From the IMG/VR virus record IMGVR_UViG_3300037692_000467, positions 1 through 24,541 of that record: a stretch of DNA of 24,541 bases; one strand, written 5' to 3'. Below, piece after piece: positions 1-9,485 of this stretch; position 1 is the stretch's first letter; the number at the start of each line of letters is the position of its first letter. This stretch comes from a virus. Taxonomy: Duplodnaviria > Caudoviricetes. A program made the translations under genes and the position numbers. The notes under the pieces are model-generated. The model worked only from the letters and a program-made list of their open reading frames with translations, was not told the DNA's origin and did not search any database.

Positions 1-126
1 GAGCGCGAGCGGATCGAAGCGGTACGCGAGCAAGCCCGGCGGCGCACCGAACAGTTGACGCGGCTGTTCGGTAGCCGCGGAAGCCTCGGCTTCGGCGGTT
101 CCGGCTCCGGCGGCATAGGCTTCTGA
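1..126 (+). CDS. C-terminal part of a small virion-associated protein upstream of the portal (partial)
   Basis: Frame 1 open to TGA at 124-126 (ERERIEAVREQARRRTEQLTRLFG...GIGF*), ending 1 nt before the portal start. Confidence 0.6.
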   Translation, partial: ERERIEAVREQARRRTEQLTRLFGSRGSLGFGGSGSGGIGF

Positions 127-127
127 C

Positions 128-1771
128 GTGGCACCCCCGGTTCCCCCTAAATCGCGCGCGGATCAAGTCAGCGAGGCGTCCGCCAAAATCGTCAAGGAGG
201 CAATGCAACGGCGCGCCGACGCGCGCGTCGGCAAGTCGCAGATCGAGGGCGATCTTCGCAACTGCTATTACTTCGCCGCGCCGCGCCGTGCCCGGCAGAT
301 GTCGTCGGCCGCCGGCGCCCAGTCCAAGCCCGGCGACGACCGCAATCTGCAAACCTCGATCGGCTTCGAGGTCTCCGACGATTTCATGACCATGCTCATA
401 GAGACGTTCACGCCGCGCGAAGGCTGGTGGGCGGAACGGCGGATGCCGACCGAGCCGGACGAGGACGGCGAGGAAAACCCGGATATCGTCGAGTGGAACA
501 AGGCGATCAGGGCCGAGGACAAGAAGATATTCGACCTAATCAGGGGGTCGAATTACTATGCCGAAAAAGCCAAGGCCGGAGTGCCGGACGCGGCGGTCGG
601 ACTTCTCGGGCTGCTGATCGACTCTCCGGGCCGCGGCAAGCCGGTTCAGTGCCTCGGCATACCGATCCGCGAGATCGATATCGAACTAGGGCCGGATGGG
701 CGGATCGACTTCCGTTCGATCACGCGGCCGACGAAATATCGCCACGTCAAGCCGCTTCTCGGCAAGGAGATTTCCGGTCGGCTGCCCAACGAGATCGCGA
801 AGAAAATCAAGGAAAAGCCGGACGAGCGGGTCGAAATTTCCTGGATGTGGTGGCGGAATTGGGAAAACGAGAACGACGTGGAATGGAAACGGGTCGTCCT
901 CGTCGACGACAAGCGCGTCGATGACGGAGAACTGATCGGCGAGGGGGCGTGCCCGTTCGTCGTCGGGCGGTTCGGCGCCACGCCGGACTACGCCTGGCCC
1001 GACGGCCCGCTGATCAAGTCCCTGGCCAATCTGGCGCAGATCGACGAGTTGCGCGCGGCGCTGATCGACAATGTGGATTTCACGCTGCGCCCGCCGAAGG
1101 CCTATGAGGACGATGGAACGATCAATCTCCCGGCCGACGGTCTGGAGCCGGGCACCTTCGTTCCGAAGCGCCCGTCCGGCGGCCGGCCGGCATTCGAGGA
1201 CATCTACGAGCCGCGGCCGATCGAGGCGGCGATGTTCGAGTTGAGCGGGCTTGTCGAGGCCGTCCGGCGGTTGCATTACGTCGATTTTCCCGAGCAGAAG
1301 GGCAAGACGCCGCCCACCGCCACGCAATGGATCGATGAATTGGTCATCCGGCAGCGGCGGATCGGCACGCCGGGCTTCGCCTATTGGCGCGAGGAGCCTT
1401 ACGAGACGTTTCAGCGGTTCCGCTATCTCGGCGAGCGCATGGGCAAGGTGCGGCGGATCGAGGAGATCGGCGTTCCGGGTGGCATTTCCTTGCAGCCGTA
1501 CAATCCGGCCGAGCGGGCGCAGGACAGCCAGGAGGTGCAGACGGCGGTGCGCTTCGCCGAGATCGGCCAGGCGGTGGCGCCGACGATGTGGCAGGTGATG
1601 AACGACGAGGCCAAGACGCTCGCCAACCTCAAGGCCAAGATGCGCGACGAGATCATTGCCCTGCGGCCGGCGGAGGAGGCGGCGGAGCGCATTCGGCTTC
1701 TGGCCTCGCTCGGCGAGCAGGCGCTGGCCGCCGGCATCGGCCAGCAACGAAGCGGGGGGGAAGAGCAATGA
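128..1771 (+). CDS. Portal protein (head-tail connector, T7 gp8/BPP-1-like)
   Basis: 547 aa, GTG start; CPFVVGRF...YAWPDGP motif resembles podovirus connectors; TPPTATQW..E near C-terminus; position before scaffold and capsid. Confidence 0.88.
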   Translation: MAPPVPPKSRADQVSEASAKIVKEAMQRRADARVGKSQIEGDLRNCYYFAAPRRARQMSSAAGAQSKPGDDRNLQTSIGFEVSDDFMTMLIETFTPREGWWAERRMPTEPDEDGEENPDIVEWNKAIRAEDKKIFDLIRGSNYYAEKAKAGVPDAAVGLLGLLIDSPGRGKPVQCLGIPIREIDIELGPDGRIDFRSITRPTKYRHVKPLLGKEISGRLPNEIAKKIKEKPDERVEISWMWWRNWENENDVEWKRVVLVDDKRVDDGELIGEGACPFVVGRFGATPDYAWPDGPLIKSLANLAQIDELRAALIDNVDFTLRPPKAYEDDGTINLPADGLEPGTFVPKRPSGGRPAFEDIYEPRPIEAAMFELSGLVEAVRRLHYVDFPEQKGKTPPTATQWIDELVIRQRRIGTPGFAYWREEPYETFQRFRYLGERMGKVRRIEEIGVPGGISLQPYNPAERAQDSQEVQTAVRFAEIGQAVAPTMWQVMNDEAKTLANLKAKMRDEIIALRPAEEAAERIRLLASLGEQALAAGIGQQRSGGEEQ

Positions 1772-2094
1772 CGGAGCGAACGGAAGAGCGGAACGCACTC
1801 GTCCGGCTCGGCTTGACCAACGACGGAAGGACGCTGTTGCAACGGCTCTTTCTGGAGTTGCAGACCGTCGCGCCGCCGGGTCTCGAATATGGTGCGTTGA
1901 GCGAATTGAACGGCCGCCGCAGTCTAGCCCGCGAATTGATCGAAGGATTGACGCGGGACCATGCCCCCAGTCGAACAGACGCCGCAGAACCCGAACTCGC
2001 CGCCCGCCGCGACCGCGCCGGCGAATCCGGGGAACGACCCGCCCGCCGAGGCGCCCGCTGGCCCTATCCCAGCGGCCCCGCCGAGCCGGCCTGA
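1768..2094 (+). CDS. Small head-module protein (Bbp19-like)
   Basis: ATGA overlap with portal stop; ..DGRTLLQRL...ALSELNGRRSLARELI pattern typical of the gene between portal and scaffold. Confidence 0.7.
   Translation: MTERTEERNALVRLGLTNDGRTLLQRLFLELQTVAPPGLEYGALSELNGRRSLARELIEGLTRDHAPSRTDAAEPELAARRDRAGESGERPARRGARWPYPSGPAEPA
1891..1925 (+). promoter_or_regulatory. Putative phage late promoter for scaffold/capsid
   Basis: GGTGCGTTG 1891-1899; TTGAGC-N17-CAGTCT; scaffold ATG at 1961. Confidence 0.55.
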
Positions 2095-2719
2095 CGGGCT
2101 GGCCGATCATTTCTGGGACGAGGCGACCGGGGTTCGCACCCCGGAATTGGTCCAGTCCTACAACGAACTTGCCGCGGAACAGGCCAGACAGGCCGAGATT
2201 TTCAAGGATTTCCCGCAAAACCCCGCCGACGCCGGCAAGTTCTATGTCCTGCCCGAAAACATGCTGCCGGAAGGCGTGGCGCTTCCCGAAGGCACCGCGT
2301 TCAAGGCGAACGAGGAATTGCTGAACCAGGCGCTTCCCGTGCTGCACAAGCACCGGGTCGCGCCGGAAGCGTTTCAGGATCTGGCCCGCGCCTTCAACGC
2401 GCACGAAGTCGAGCGCTACCGGACGGCGATGAATGACTTCGCGGAGGACGGCAAGAAGCTCGGGCCGAACGGCGCCGCGCGCCGCAAGGCGGTGGACGAC
2501 GGGCTCAAAGCCCTGGCCGGCGACAAGGCGTCATTCATCGACGCCACCGCGATTTCGGCCCAGGCCGTGGAGTTTTTCGAGGGTCTGATCGCGCGGTTCA
2601 CGTCGCAGGGCGGCGTCACTCCGAACGGCGGGGGACGGGCTGACGACCCGCCGCCGCAGCCCGTGAATCCCTGGGGGAGTTGGTCGCCCGGCGAAACGTC
2701 TCAACAGAAGGCTAGTTGA
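1961..2719 (+). CDS. Capsid assembly scaffolding protein
   Basis: Pro/Ala-rich N-terminus, RPDGLADHFWD motif, helical body, immediately upstream of the capsid gene. Confidence 0.8.
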   Translation: MPPVEQTPQNPNSPPAATAPANPGNDPPAEAPAGPIPAAPPSRPDGLADHFWDEATGVRTPELVQSYNELAAEQARQAEIFKDFPQNPADAGKFYVLPENMLPEGVALPEGTAFKANEELLNQALPVLHKHRVAPEAFQDLARAFNAHEVERYRTAMNDFAEDGKKLGPNGAARRKAVDDGLKALAGDKASFIDATAISAQAVEFFEGLIARFTSQGGVTPNGGGRADDPPPQPVNPWGSWSPGETSQQKAS

Positions 2720-2721
2720 CC

Positions 2722-3702
2722 ATGGCAACGCTGTCTCAATACGTCACGCTCTCCGACATCGCCAAGGAAACATTGCCCGACGGCAGTATCGCGGCGGATG
2801 CGGTCAACATGCTCGTGCAGGACAACGAGATTCTGGACGACATGACGTGGGAAGAGGCCAACGGCGGCTCCTTCCATCGCTCGGTTCAGACGATCAGCAT
2901 TCCCGAGCCGACGTGGGTTCGCTACTACGAGGGCGTCGCGCCGACCAAGAGCGACAAGGCGCAGCTCGACGAGCCGATCGGCATGATGGAGAATCGCTCT
3001 GTCATCGACAAGCGGCTCTACGATATCAGCCCGAATCCGGCGCGGACGCGGCTCAATCAGGCGTCCGACGTGCTGGAAGGCTTCAACCAGTCGTTCGTCG
3101 AAACGCTGCTGACCGGGGCGTCGACCACGGCGCCGGCCAAGTTCAACGGCATCCTGCCGCGCTTCGACTCGCTGAGCGGCGTCACCGGCGACAACATCGT
3201 CGACGCCGGGGGGACCGGCTCGGACAACGCCTCCATCCTGCTCGTCAACTGGGGCCGCCGCGCGTTCGGCGTCTATCCGCGCGGGTCGAAGACCGGGATC
3301 GAGCACACGGACAACGGCCTTCAGGAAGTGCTCGACGCGAACAGCCGGCGCTTCACCGCCTACGAGGACAAGTGGGAGTGGAAGTGCGGGCTGGTGGTCG
3401 AGGACTGGCGGCATGTCGTTCGCTCGGCGAACATCGACAAGTCGAACCTCGTCGCACAGTCCGGCGCTGCGGCGATCCTCGAACTGATGGCCGCGATGGT
3501 CGACAAGCTCCCGACCTCCGCCGGCCGTCCCGCCTTCTACGTCAACCGCACGGTGCGGACGATGCTTCGCATCCAGTGCATGAAGCAGGCCAACGTCTAC
3601 CTGACCGTCGGCAACGAGGAAGGCCGCCGCAAGATCATGTTCGACGGCATCCCGATCCGCAAGGTCGACAAGATGCAGGCGGACGAAGCCCGAGTGACCT
3701 GA
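2722..3702 (+). CDS. Major capsid protein (BPP-1 Bbp17-like, HK97 fold)
   Basis: 326 aa from ATG 2722; NEILDDMTWEEAN, KFNGILPRF, GLVVEDWRHVVRSANID, FDGIPIRKVD motifs of this capsid family. Confidence 0.92.
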   Translation: MATLSQYVTLSDIAKETLPDGSIAADAVNMLVQDNEILDDMTWEEANGGSFHRSVQTISIPEPTWVRYYEGVAPTKSDKAQLDEPIGMMENRSVIDKRLYDISPNPARTRLNQASDVLEGFNQSFVETLLTGASTTAPAKFNGILPRFDSLSGVTGDNIVDAGGTGSDNASILLVNWGRRAFGVYPRGSKTGIEHTDNGLQEVLDANSRRFTAYEDKWEWKCGLVVEDWRHVVRSANIDKSNLVAQSGAAAILELMAAMVDKLPTSAGRPAFYVNRTVRTMLRIQCMKQANVYLTVGNEEGRRKIMFDGIPIRKVDKMQADEARVT

Positions 3703-3729
3703 CCGCCCGGAAACTGAAAGGCAACAGCA

Positions 3730-4209
3730 ATGCTGATCGACTCTCAAAATTCCTTCTCGTGGGAAGACGCGGTCACGGCGGATACGATTTCCGAGAACGT
3801 GATGGATCTCCTGTCCGGCGCGATCAAGGGTCTCACCGCCAACACGATCCGCGACATCGGCGCCGGCAAGGCGCTCTACCTTCACGCGGTGGTCACCACC
3901 GCGCTGGCGTCGTCGGGCGAAACGACCTCGCTGATCGCCACGCTGGAGTCGGATTCGGCGGTCGGCCTCGACGCCTCCGCCACGGTCCACCTGACCAGCG
4001 ACGAGTTCGAGGAAGCCGATCTCGTGGCCGGCACCTGGATATTCAAGGGCGTGCCGCTGCCTCCGGGCGCTTACGAGCGCTATCTGGGCATGCGCTACGC
4101 GGTCGGCGCGGAGGAGGATTTCACGTCCGGCAAGATTTCCGCCTGGATCAGCGAGAACCGTTACGACGACCGCACCTATGAGAGCGGCTGGTCTACCGGA
4201 GTGAATTGA
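3730..4209 (+). CDS. Capsid cement/decoration protein (Bbp16-like)
   Basis: MLIDSQNSFS..QAVT-like start, RDIGAGKALYL, YERYLGMRY..V...FTSGKISAWI; directly after the capsid gene. Confidence 0.85.
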   Translation: MLIDSQNSFSWEDAVTADTISENVMDLLSGAIKGLTANTIRDIGAGKALYLHAVVTTALASSGETTSLIATLESDSAVGLDASATVHLTSDEFEEADLVAGTWIFKGVPLPPGAYERYLGMRYAVGAEEDFTSGKISAWISENRYDDRTYESGWSTGVN

Positions 4210-4637
4210 TGGCGCGATACCGGGCCAAAGCCAATCTGTTCGTCAAGCGGCTGATCGTCGAAGGCGAGGCATTCGTCTCCGACGCCGTTCCGGGCAAGAA
4301 CTGGGAGCCGCTTGACGACGAAGCGCACGCGGCGGTCGCCGCCCGCTTCGGCAAGCCGGTGCCAGTGCCGAAGCCGACGCCCGAGGCCGAAGTCGTGAAG
4401 CCGGCGCTAGAGCCGACGACTGAGCTGCGGGCAACGCCAGTGGCGGAACCCGCGCCCGTGGCGGAGCCGATGGCCCAGGAAGGCGCGACGCTGGCCGCCA
4501 ACTGGCGTTCGCTCCACTGGACGAAACAGGTGGAGATGGCAATCGCGCTCATCGGCCCGTTCACGGTGCCTGACGGCAAGACGCAGGCGATGGTCGCGAG
4601 GGAAATGCTGGAAGCCGAAGAAACCCGGCGCTCCTAG
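4209..4637 (+). CDS. Hypothetical phage protein (N-terminal beta domain, Pro/Glu linker, small C-terminal helical domain)
   Basis: TGATG coupling to the previous gene; 142 aa. Confidence 0.7.
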   Translation: MARYRAKANLFVKRLIVEGEAFVSDAVPGKNWEPLDDEAHAAVAARFGKPVPVPKPTPEAEVVKPALEPTTELRATPVAEPAPVAEPMAQEGATLAANWRSLHWTKQVEMAIALIGPFTVPDGKTQAMVAREMLEAEETRRS

Positions 4638-4663
4638 GCGGCGAGGAACTGACGGAGAGAAAC

Positions 4664-5527
4664 ATGGTCAACTGGACCTTCAAGACGCTTCCCGATGATG
4701 TCCGGGATGCCGTTGTCGGGAGACCGGCGCGCCATCCCGACTCGCAGGTCTTCTACGTCCGCCCCGGCACCGACGCCTTGCAGGAGGCGATCGACGCGGC
4801 GGAAGCCGCTCGCGGCGATATCCTCGCCGTCCGCCCCGGAACCCACACGGTCACCGAGGCCGTCAATTTCAACAAGGCGGGCATTCGTGTCATGGCGGTC
4901 GGCCCGACCCTCAACCCGCTGGCGCAAGGCGAGTATCACGCCCTCCTGGCCGACGAGGGCTATACCGACGGGCCGGCCGGGATCATCACCGCGCGCTGCA
5001 TCATCGAGGGCTTGGGTTTCGTATCGCGCGACACCGGCGCCACGTTCTTCGCCGGGGCCGCGCTCCTGATCGGCGGCGCGGCGGCGGGCGCCTTCGGCGT
5101 GCATCTCAAGCACTGCCGGTTCCCGAAATGGAACGTCGATAATCGCATTGGGCTGGCGATCGCCGGCGGCGCGGCGGTGAGCGATTGCCTGATCGAGGAG
5201 TGCTCGTTCGAGGGCGTCGGCGCCGCCTTTGACGCTGGCATCTACGTCCAGGGCTCCGTCGAGAACCTGGAGGTTCGTCGTAACCGCTTCCGCCAATGCA
5301 CCTACGCCATTCAACACGGCGCCTTCGCCGGCGGCGGCCCGCACTGCTTCTACCACGAGAATCTGTGCGAGGACGCCAAGCTTCTTAACGCCGACGGCAA
5401 CGACGCCACGGGCCTGATCGCCGGCAACTGGGTGGAGACGGCGACCGACACCGGCAGCTACGACGACACGGTGGACGCGCTGAATGCTCTCGGCTTGTAT
5501 TTCGCCGGCAACCACTACGCCGAGTAA
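4664..5527 (+). CDS. Right-handed beta-helix (pectin lyase-like) protein, probably virion-associated
   Basis: GGAGA RBS; LQEAIDAA..GDILAVRPGTH beta-helix cap followed by repeated IxxCxF/VxxNxF rungs. Confidence 0.7.
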   Translation: MVNWTFKTLPDDVRDAVVGRPARHPDSQVFYVRPGTDALQEAIDAAEAARGDILAVRPGTHTVTEAVNFNKAGIRVMAVGPTLNPLAQGEYHALLADEGYTDGPAGIITARCIIEGLGFVSRDTGATFFAGAALLIGGAAAGAFGVHLKHCRFPKWNVDNRIGLAIAGGAAVSDCLIEECSFEGVGAAFDAGIYVQGSVENLEVRRNRFRQCTYAIQHGAFAGGGPHCFYHENLCEDAKLLNADGNDATGLIAGNWVETATDTGSYDDTVDALNALGLYFAGNHYAE

Positions 5528-5543
5528 CGAGTCCTCCCCGACT

Positions 5544-5586
5544 GGTGCGTTGCGTCGAACGGGCGCGGGGGTGAAACCTCGCGCCC
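5544..5586 (+). promoter_or_regulatory. Putative late promoter (leaderless) for tail tubular A, overlapping a 10-bp hairpin
   Basis: GGTGCGTTG 5544-5552; TTGCGT-N18-AAACCT-N7-ATG(5587); no SD. Confidence 0.6.
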
Positions 5587-6225
5587 ATGGCCTCCAAGCT
5601 CAGCATCATAAACGACTGTCTGGCGAACACGGCGAACGCCAGAATCACCCAGGCGCAACTCGATCAGGTGCCGTCGGACAGTCTCGACGCAAACGATGCG
5701 CTGTTTCTCGCCGACACGGCGGCGCGCGGCTACAACCGCGAACTCGCGCTGCTGCTGCAACGCCATCCCTGGCCATTCGGCCTCGCCACCGAGGCGCTTG
5801 ATCAGGCGGCCGAAGCCGAGAATCCATCGAATCGATACGGTTACGCCTACGATTGGCCCTATGGGGCGCTGTGGCTGAAAACCGTCGAGAGCCCAGGCGG
5901 CGGCGCCCTCGATTACGAGATCCTCGGTCAATATATCTGCGCGGATTACGACGGCACGGACGACGACGCGCCGGTCGCCTCCTTCGTGCAAACGCCGCCT
6001 GTCGCCGATATTTCCGAGCTGTTCTGGGCCGTGCTTCGGATCAAGCTGGAGGTTGTCATTCTCCGCTCGGTAAACGAGGACTATTCCGAGGCGACCCGGC
6101 GCGACCAGATCGCCGAGGGTCTGGTGCTGCCGATCGTGCGCACCCGCACAGATCAACAGCAGCCGCCTCGCCGCGGCTTCCGCTCGACCATGCGCGAGGC
6201 GCGCCGGACAGGCGGGTCGGGGTAG
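5587..6225 (+). CDS. Tail tubular protein A / adaptor (T7 gp11-like)
   Basis: MASKLSIINDCL..., LLQRHPWPFG, YGYAYDWP motifs; position before the nozzle. Confidence 0.85.
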   Translation: MASKLSIINDCLANTANARITQAQLDQVPSDSLDANDALFLADTAARGYNRELALLLQRHPWPFGLATEALDQAAEAENPSNRYGYAYDWPYGALWLKTVESPGGGALDYEILGQYICADYDGTDDDAPVASFVQTPPVADISELFWAVLRIKLEVVILRSVNEDYSEATRRDQIAEGLVLPIVRTRTDQQQPPRRGFRSTMREARRTGGSG

Positions 6226-9200
6226 ATGTCGCTCCCCGCCCTGACCTTTTCCCAGAAAGATTTCAGCGCCGGACAGATCGACGCCGAGGCGGCGCGCCGC
6301 GACGACATCAAGTTGCAACGGGCCAGCCTCAAGGCCGGCGCCAATACACGGATCCTAGCGACGGGCGGGCTTTCGCGGCGCTTCGGACGGGCGGCCTATA
6401 ATCTGGACACCGGGCGCACCGAGATCGCGCGACTGTCCGATACCCTGGAATTCGAGTTTCTGTTCGGCGACCGCGTGCTGCGGATTCGCGATTCGGACGA
6501 CGCTGTTGTCAACGAGGTCGGCGGCCTGCCGTGGACGCTTTCGACGCTCGACCGGATCAGGTTGGCGCAAGCGGAGCGCGATTTCGTCATTTTCCATCCG
6601 GGGCAGCGCCCCTATCTGTTGTCCTACAGCCTTTCCTCGACGCCGGAAGCGGGCGACGGCGAGGCCATCGGCGACATGATCGACACGCTGGCTTTCCCCA
6701 CCGTGGAGGCGACGAACAGCAGCGCCGAGAATTCGCAGACGACTTCCCACGACGTGGCGCTGCCCGCCGATATCGCATTGGACGATTTGCTGCTGATCTT
6801 TTTCCGTACAAGCGGCACCCCGACGACCCATAACACCCCGGCCGGCTGGACGCTTCTGGACAATATGGGCGTCTATACGAGCATCTTTTACCGCGTCGCC
6901 AATGGCGGCGAGGGCTCGACGCGGACGATCTCGACCAGCGACTCGCGTCGGTCGGCGCACAACAGCTATCGGATCAGAGGATTCAAGGGCGTACCCGAAG
7001 CTGACTTTGCCGCCACCGAAACGCTCGATCCGCCCAATCTGGCGCCGTCCTGGACGGAGCGCAAGACGCTGTGGCTGGCCATGGCCTCGGCACGGGGCAC
7101 GGGCGGCACGCCGTCGATCACGGCGGCGCCGGCGAGCTACACCGACCTGTTGGCGATCAACGCGACCTCGGGCGGCGCGCTGAACGAAAACAAGGCAGCG
7201 ATCGGTACCGCGCGGCGGAATTTGCAGGCCACGTCGGAAGATCCCGGCGTTTTCACGGCAACGAACAATGAGAGGACGCACGCCGCGACCGTGGCTATCC
7301 GTGGGGAAGGGCCGGACGAAGCATTCGACGGCGAAACGAGTAAAGCCGCCGCCGATTGCGTTCGCGCCACCGACGACACGGAGGCTTATATCGGCCTGGA
7401 TTTCAGCGCCGATCCGCAGCGCATCTCCTCCGCCACGGTTTACGGATCCTCCAATCGCGGCTTCATCTCCCTGACCGACGGCACCGAGGCGAACCCCTCC
7501 GTGACCCTGACGCTGCGCGGCAAGAACAGTTCCGTCCCGTCGTCGCCTTCGGACGGAACATCGCTGGGCACCGCGACATTCACCGATACCGGCGACGAAT
7601 CCGCCGGGCGCACCATCGCATCGACCGACACGACGACGACATACGATTATGTGTGGGTGCAGATCGCGCACGACGCCGCGGCGAGCCGCTACATCTATTG
7701 CGCCCAATTGGAAATCGTCGTCTATTCCGACACGGCGGCGGAGCAGTGGTCGTTCCGGGCCTTCCGATTCGGCGAGACCGCGGAGGGCGCCAAGCGGCAG
7801 CCCTATTTCCGCTACGCGCCGAAAGGCATCGTCATGACGCCATCGGCGCGCACGGGCAGCGGCATCGATCTGACGTTCAGCTCGCCCGTGCTCGACGCCG
7901 CTCATGTCGGCGTGTCCTTCCGCTACCACGACCGCGAGATGATCATAACGGAGGTCACGGACGCCTCGACCGCCAAGGCCAATGTGGTCGAGACGCTGCC
8001 GCCGACCCGGCGCGTCGATTGCACCAACGCCAACGCTCGTGATTCCTTCAAGGTCGGGCAGGTGGCTATCGGCGGGACCACGGGGGCGGAAGGATTGATC
8101 GTCGACACCAATGGCGCGCAAAGCCTCGATATCGTCGTCTACAAGGGCGACAACTTCGCGGCGGCGGAAAGCCTGACCTCGGAAACCGGACATGCCACCA
8201 TCACCGGAACGCCGACCGAGCAGACCATCGTCGGAAGCCAGGTGTGGGACGAGGCGGCGATGAGCGATTTTCGCGGCTGGCCCCGGTGGGGCGTTTATGA
8301 CCGTTCGCGGCTGATCATGTGCGATTTTCCGCAAGCCTCGCGCGCCATCGCGTTTTCGGCGGTCGGCGCCATTACCGATCTCGCCGTTGGAGCCGATCCA
8401 GCCAGCGGATTTCTCGAATTCGCGCCGGGCAATGGGCGCGTCCTATCCGTAATCGGCGGAGCGGACCAGTACGTCCTGACCGATCAGGGCGCGATGTATA
8501 TCCCGATTTCGGAAACGAACCCGCTGCAACCTGGCAGCGTGGCCTTCCGCCCCATCGCGGCGGTGGGCGCCGCCGACGTGGCGCCGGTGTCGATGCACGA
8601 GGGCATCGTTTACGTGGCGGCGAACGGCAACTCGCTGGTCGCCATCGTGCCGACCGGACAGACCGCGATGCCCTATCGCGTCGCCGCGATTTCGGAATTT
8701 CATTCGGACCTGTTCACCGGCATCAAGACGATGGCGGCGATGACTGGGGGCGGCACATCGACCGAACAATATCTGTGGCTGTTGCAGGACGACGGCACGG
8801 CACTTGCCGGCAAGTTCGATTCGTCCAACGAATGGGCCGGTTTTCTGCCGGTGACGGGAGAGGGCACGATCCAATGGCTGACCGCGCTCGGCGCCGACGT
8901 GCGGTTCAATGTCCAGTATCAGGACAGCCTCGATCTGCCGTGGGCGATGGAGCAACTCGACGAAACCCAATATCTCGATTGCGGCGTGCCGCTGAACGCG
9001 GCGGTTCCGTCGCTCCGCCCCGATCCCGACACCGCCGAGGGCCGGCTGTGGTTCCTGGCCGGGCTTACCGTCAATCTGATGGATGGCGATACCTGGCTCG
9101 GCGCGCGCGCGGTCGATTCCAACGGCGATATCGTCGAGGAGGCCGGCGACGATTTCTCGGCATCGACGGTGATGGCGGGATTCGGCTTCGACGTGGAGGT

Positions 9201-9462
9201 CAAGCCGTGGGTGCCGGATCGGCCGGAGGGCGAGGAGCGCGGCCAGAGGCTTCGCCTGCGCCGCGTCAAACGCGCTGCGGTCACGGTTCAGGGCACCACG
9301 GAGTTCACCTTCATGGGGCAGACGTTCGGCGGCGCGGCGGCGGCCGGCGGCACCTATCGGGCCCCGGGCCAGATCAGGGCGTTCGAGCCGGAAATCGTCT
9401 TCGCCAAGACCATGCCGGGGCCAATGACGATCATCGAAATCGCCGGCGAGGTGACGACCTGA
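6226..9462 (+). CDS. Tail tubular protein B / nozzle (T7 gp12-like) with a large internal domain insertion
   Basis: QKDFSAGQID...RRDD, GGLSRRFG, RGWPRWGVYDRSRL motifs and C-terminal PGPMTIIEIAGEVT; 1078 aa. Confidence 0.88.
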   Translation: MSLPALTFSQKDFSAGQIDAEAARRDDIKLQRASLKAGANTRILATGGLSRRFGRAAYNLDTGRTEIARLSDTLEFEFLFGDRVLRIRDSDDAVVNEVGGLPWTLSTLDRIRLAQAERDFVIFHPGQRPYLLSYSLSSTPEAGDGEAIGDMIDTLAFPTVEATNSSAENSQTTSHDVALPADIALDDLLLIFFRTSGTPTTHNTPAGWTLLDNMGVYTSIFYRVANGGEGSTRTISTSDSRRSAHNSYRIRGFKGVPEADFAATETLDPPNLAPSWTERKTLWLAMASARGTGGTPSITAAPASYTDLLAINATSGGALNENKAAIGTARRNLQATSEDPGVFTATNNERTHAATVAIRGEGPDEAFDGETSKAAADCVRATDDTEAYIGLDFSADPQRISSATVYGSSNRGFISLTDGTEANPSVTLTLRGKNSSVPSSPSDGTSLGTATFTDTGDESAGRTIASTDTTTTYDYVWVQIAHDAAASRYIYCAQLEIVVYSDTAAEQWSFRAFRFGETAEGAKRQPYFRYAPKGIVMTPSARTGSGIDLTFSSPVLDAAHVGVSFRYHDREMIITEVTDASTAKANVVETLPPTRRVDCTNANARDSFKVGQVAIGGTTGAEGLIVDTNGAQSLDIVVYKGDNFAAAESLTSETGHATITGTPTEQTIVGSQVWDEAAMSDFRGWPRWGVYDRSRLIMCDFPQASRAIAFSAVGAITDLAVGADPASGFLEFAPGNGRVLSVIGGADQYVLTDQGAMYIPISETNPLQPGSVAFRPIAAVGAADVAPVSMHEGIVYVAANGNSLVAIVPTGQTAMPYRVAAISEFHSDLFTGIKTMAAMTGGGTSTEQYLWLLQDDGTALAGKFDSSNEWAGFLPVTGEGTIQWLTALGADVRFNVQYQDSLDLPWAMEQLDETQYLDCGVPLNAAVPSLRPDPDTAEGRLWFLAGLTVNLMDGDTWLGARAVDSNGDIVEEAGDDFSASTVMAGFGFDVEVKPWVPDRPEGEERGQRLRLRRVKRAAVTVQGTTEFTFMGQTFGGAAAAGGTYRAPGQIRAFEPEIVFAKTMPGPMTIIEIAGEVTT

Positions 9463-9485
9463 CCGTTCTCCGCTATGATCGCCGC
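9451..9485 (+). promoter_or_regulatory. Putative sigma70 promoter for the small membrane gene
   Basis: GTGACG(9451-9456)-N17-TATGAT(9474-9479), ATG 6 nt later. Confidence 0.4.

Noticed and set aside
1754-1760. G7 run as a phase-variation tract
   Set aside because: It is short, lies in the last portal codons and overlaps the purine-rich RBS region of the next gene; there is no frameshift evidence
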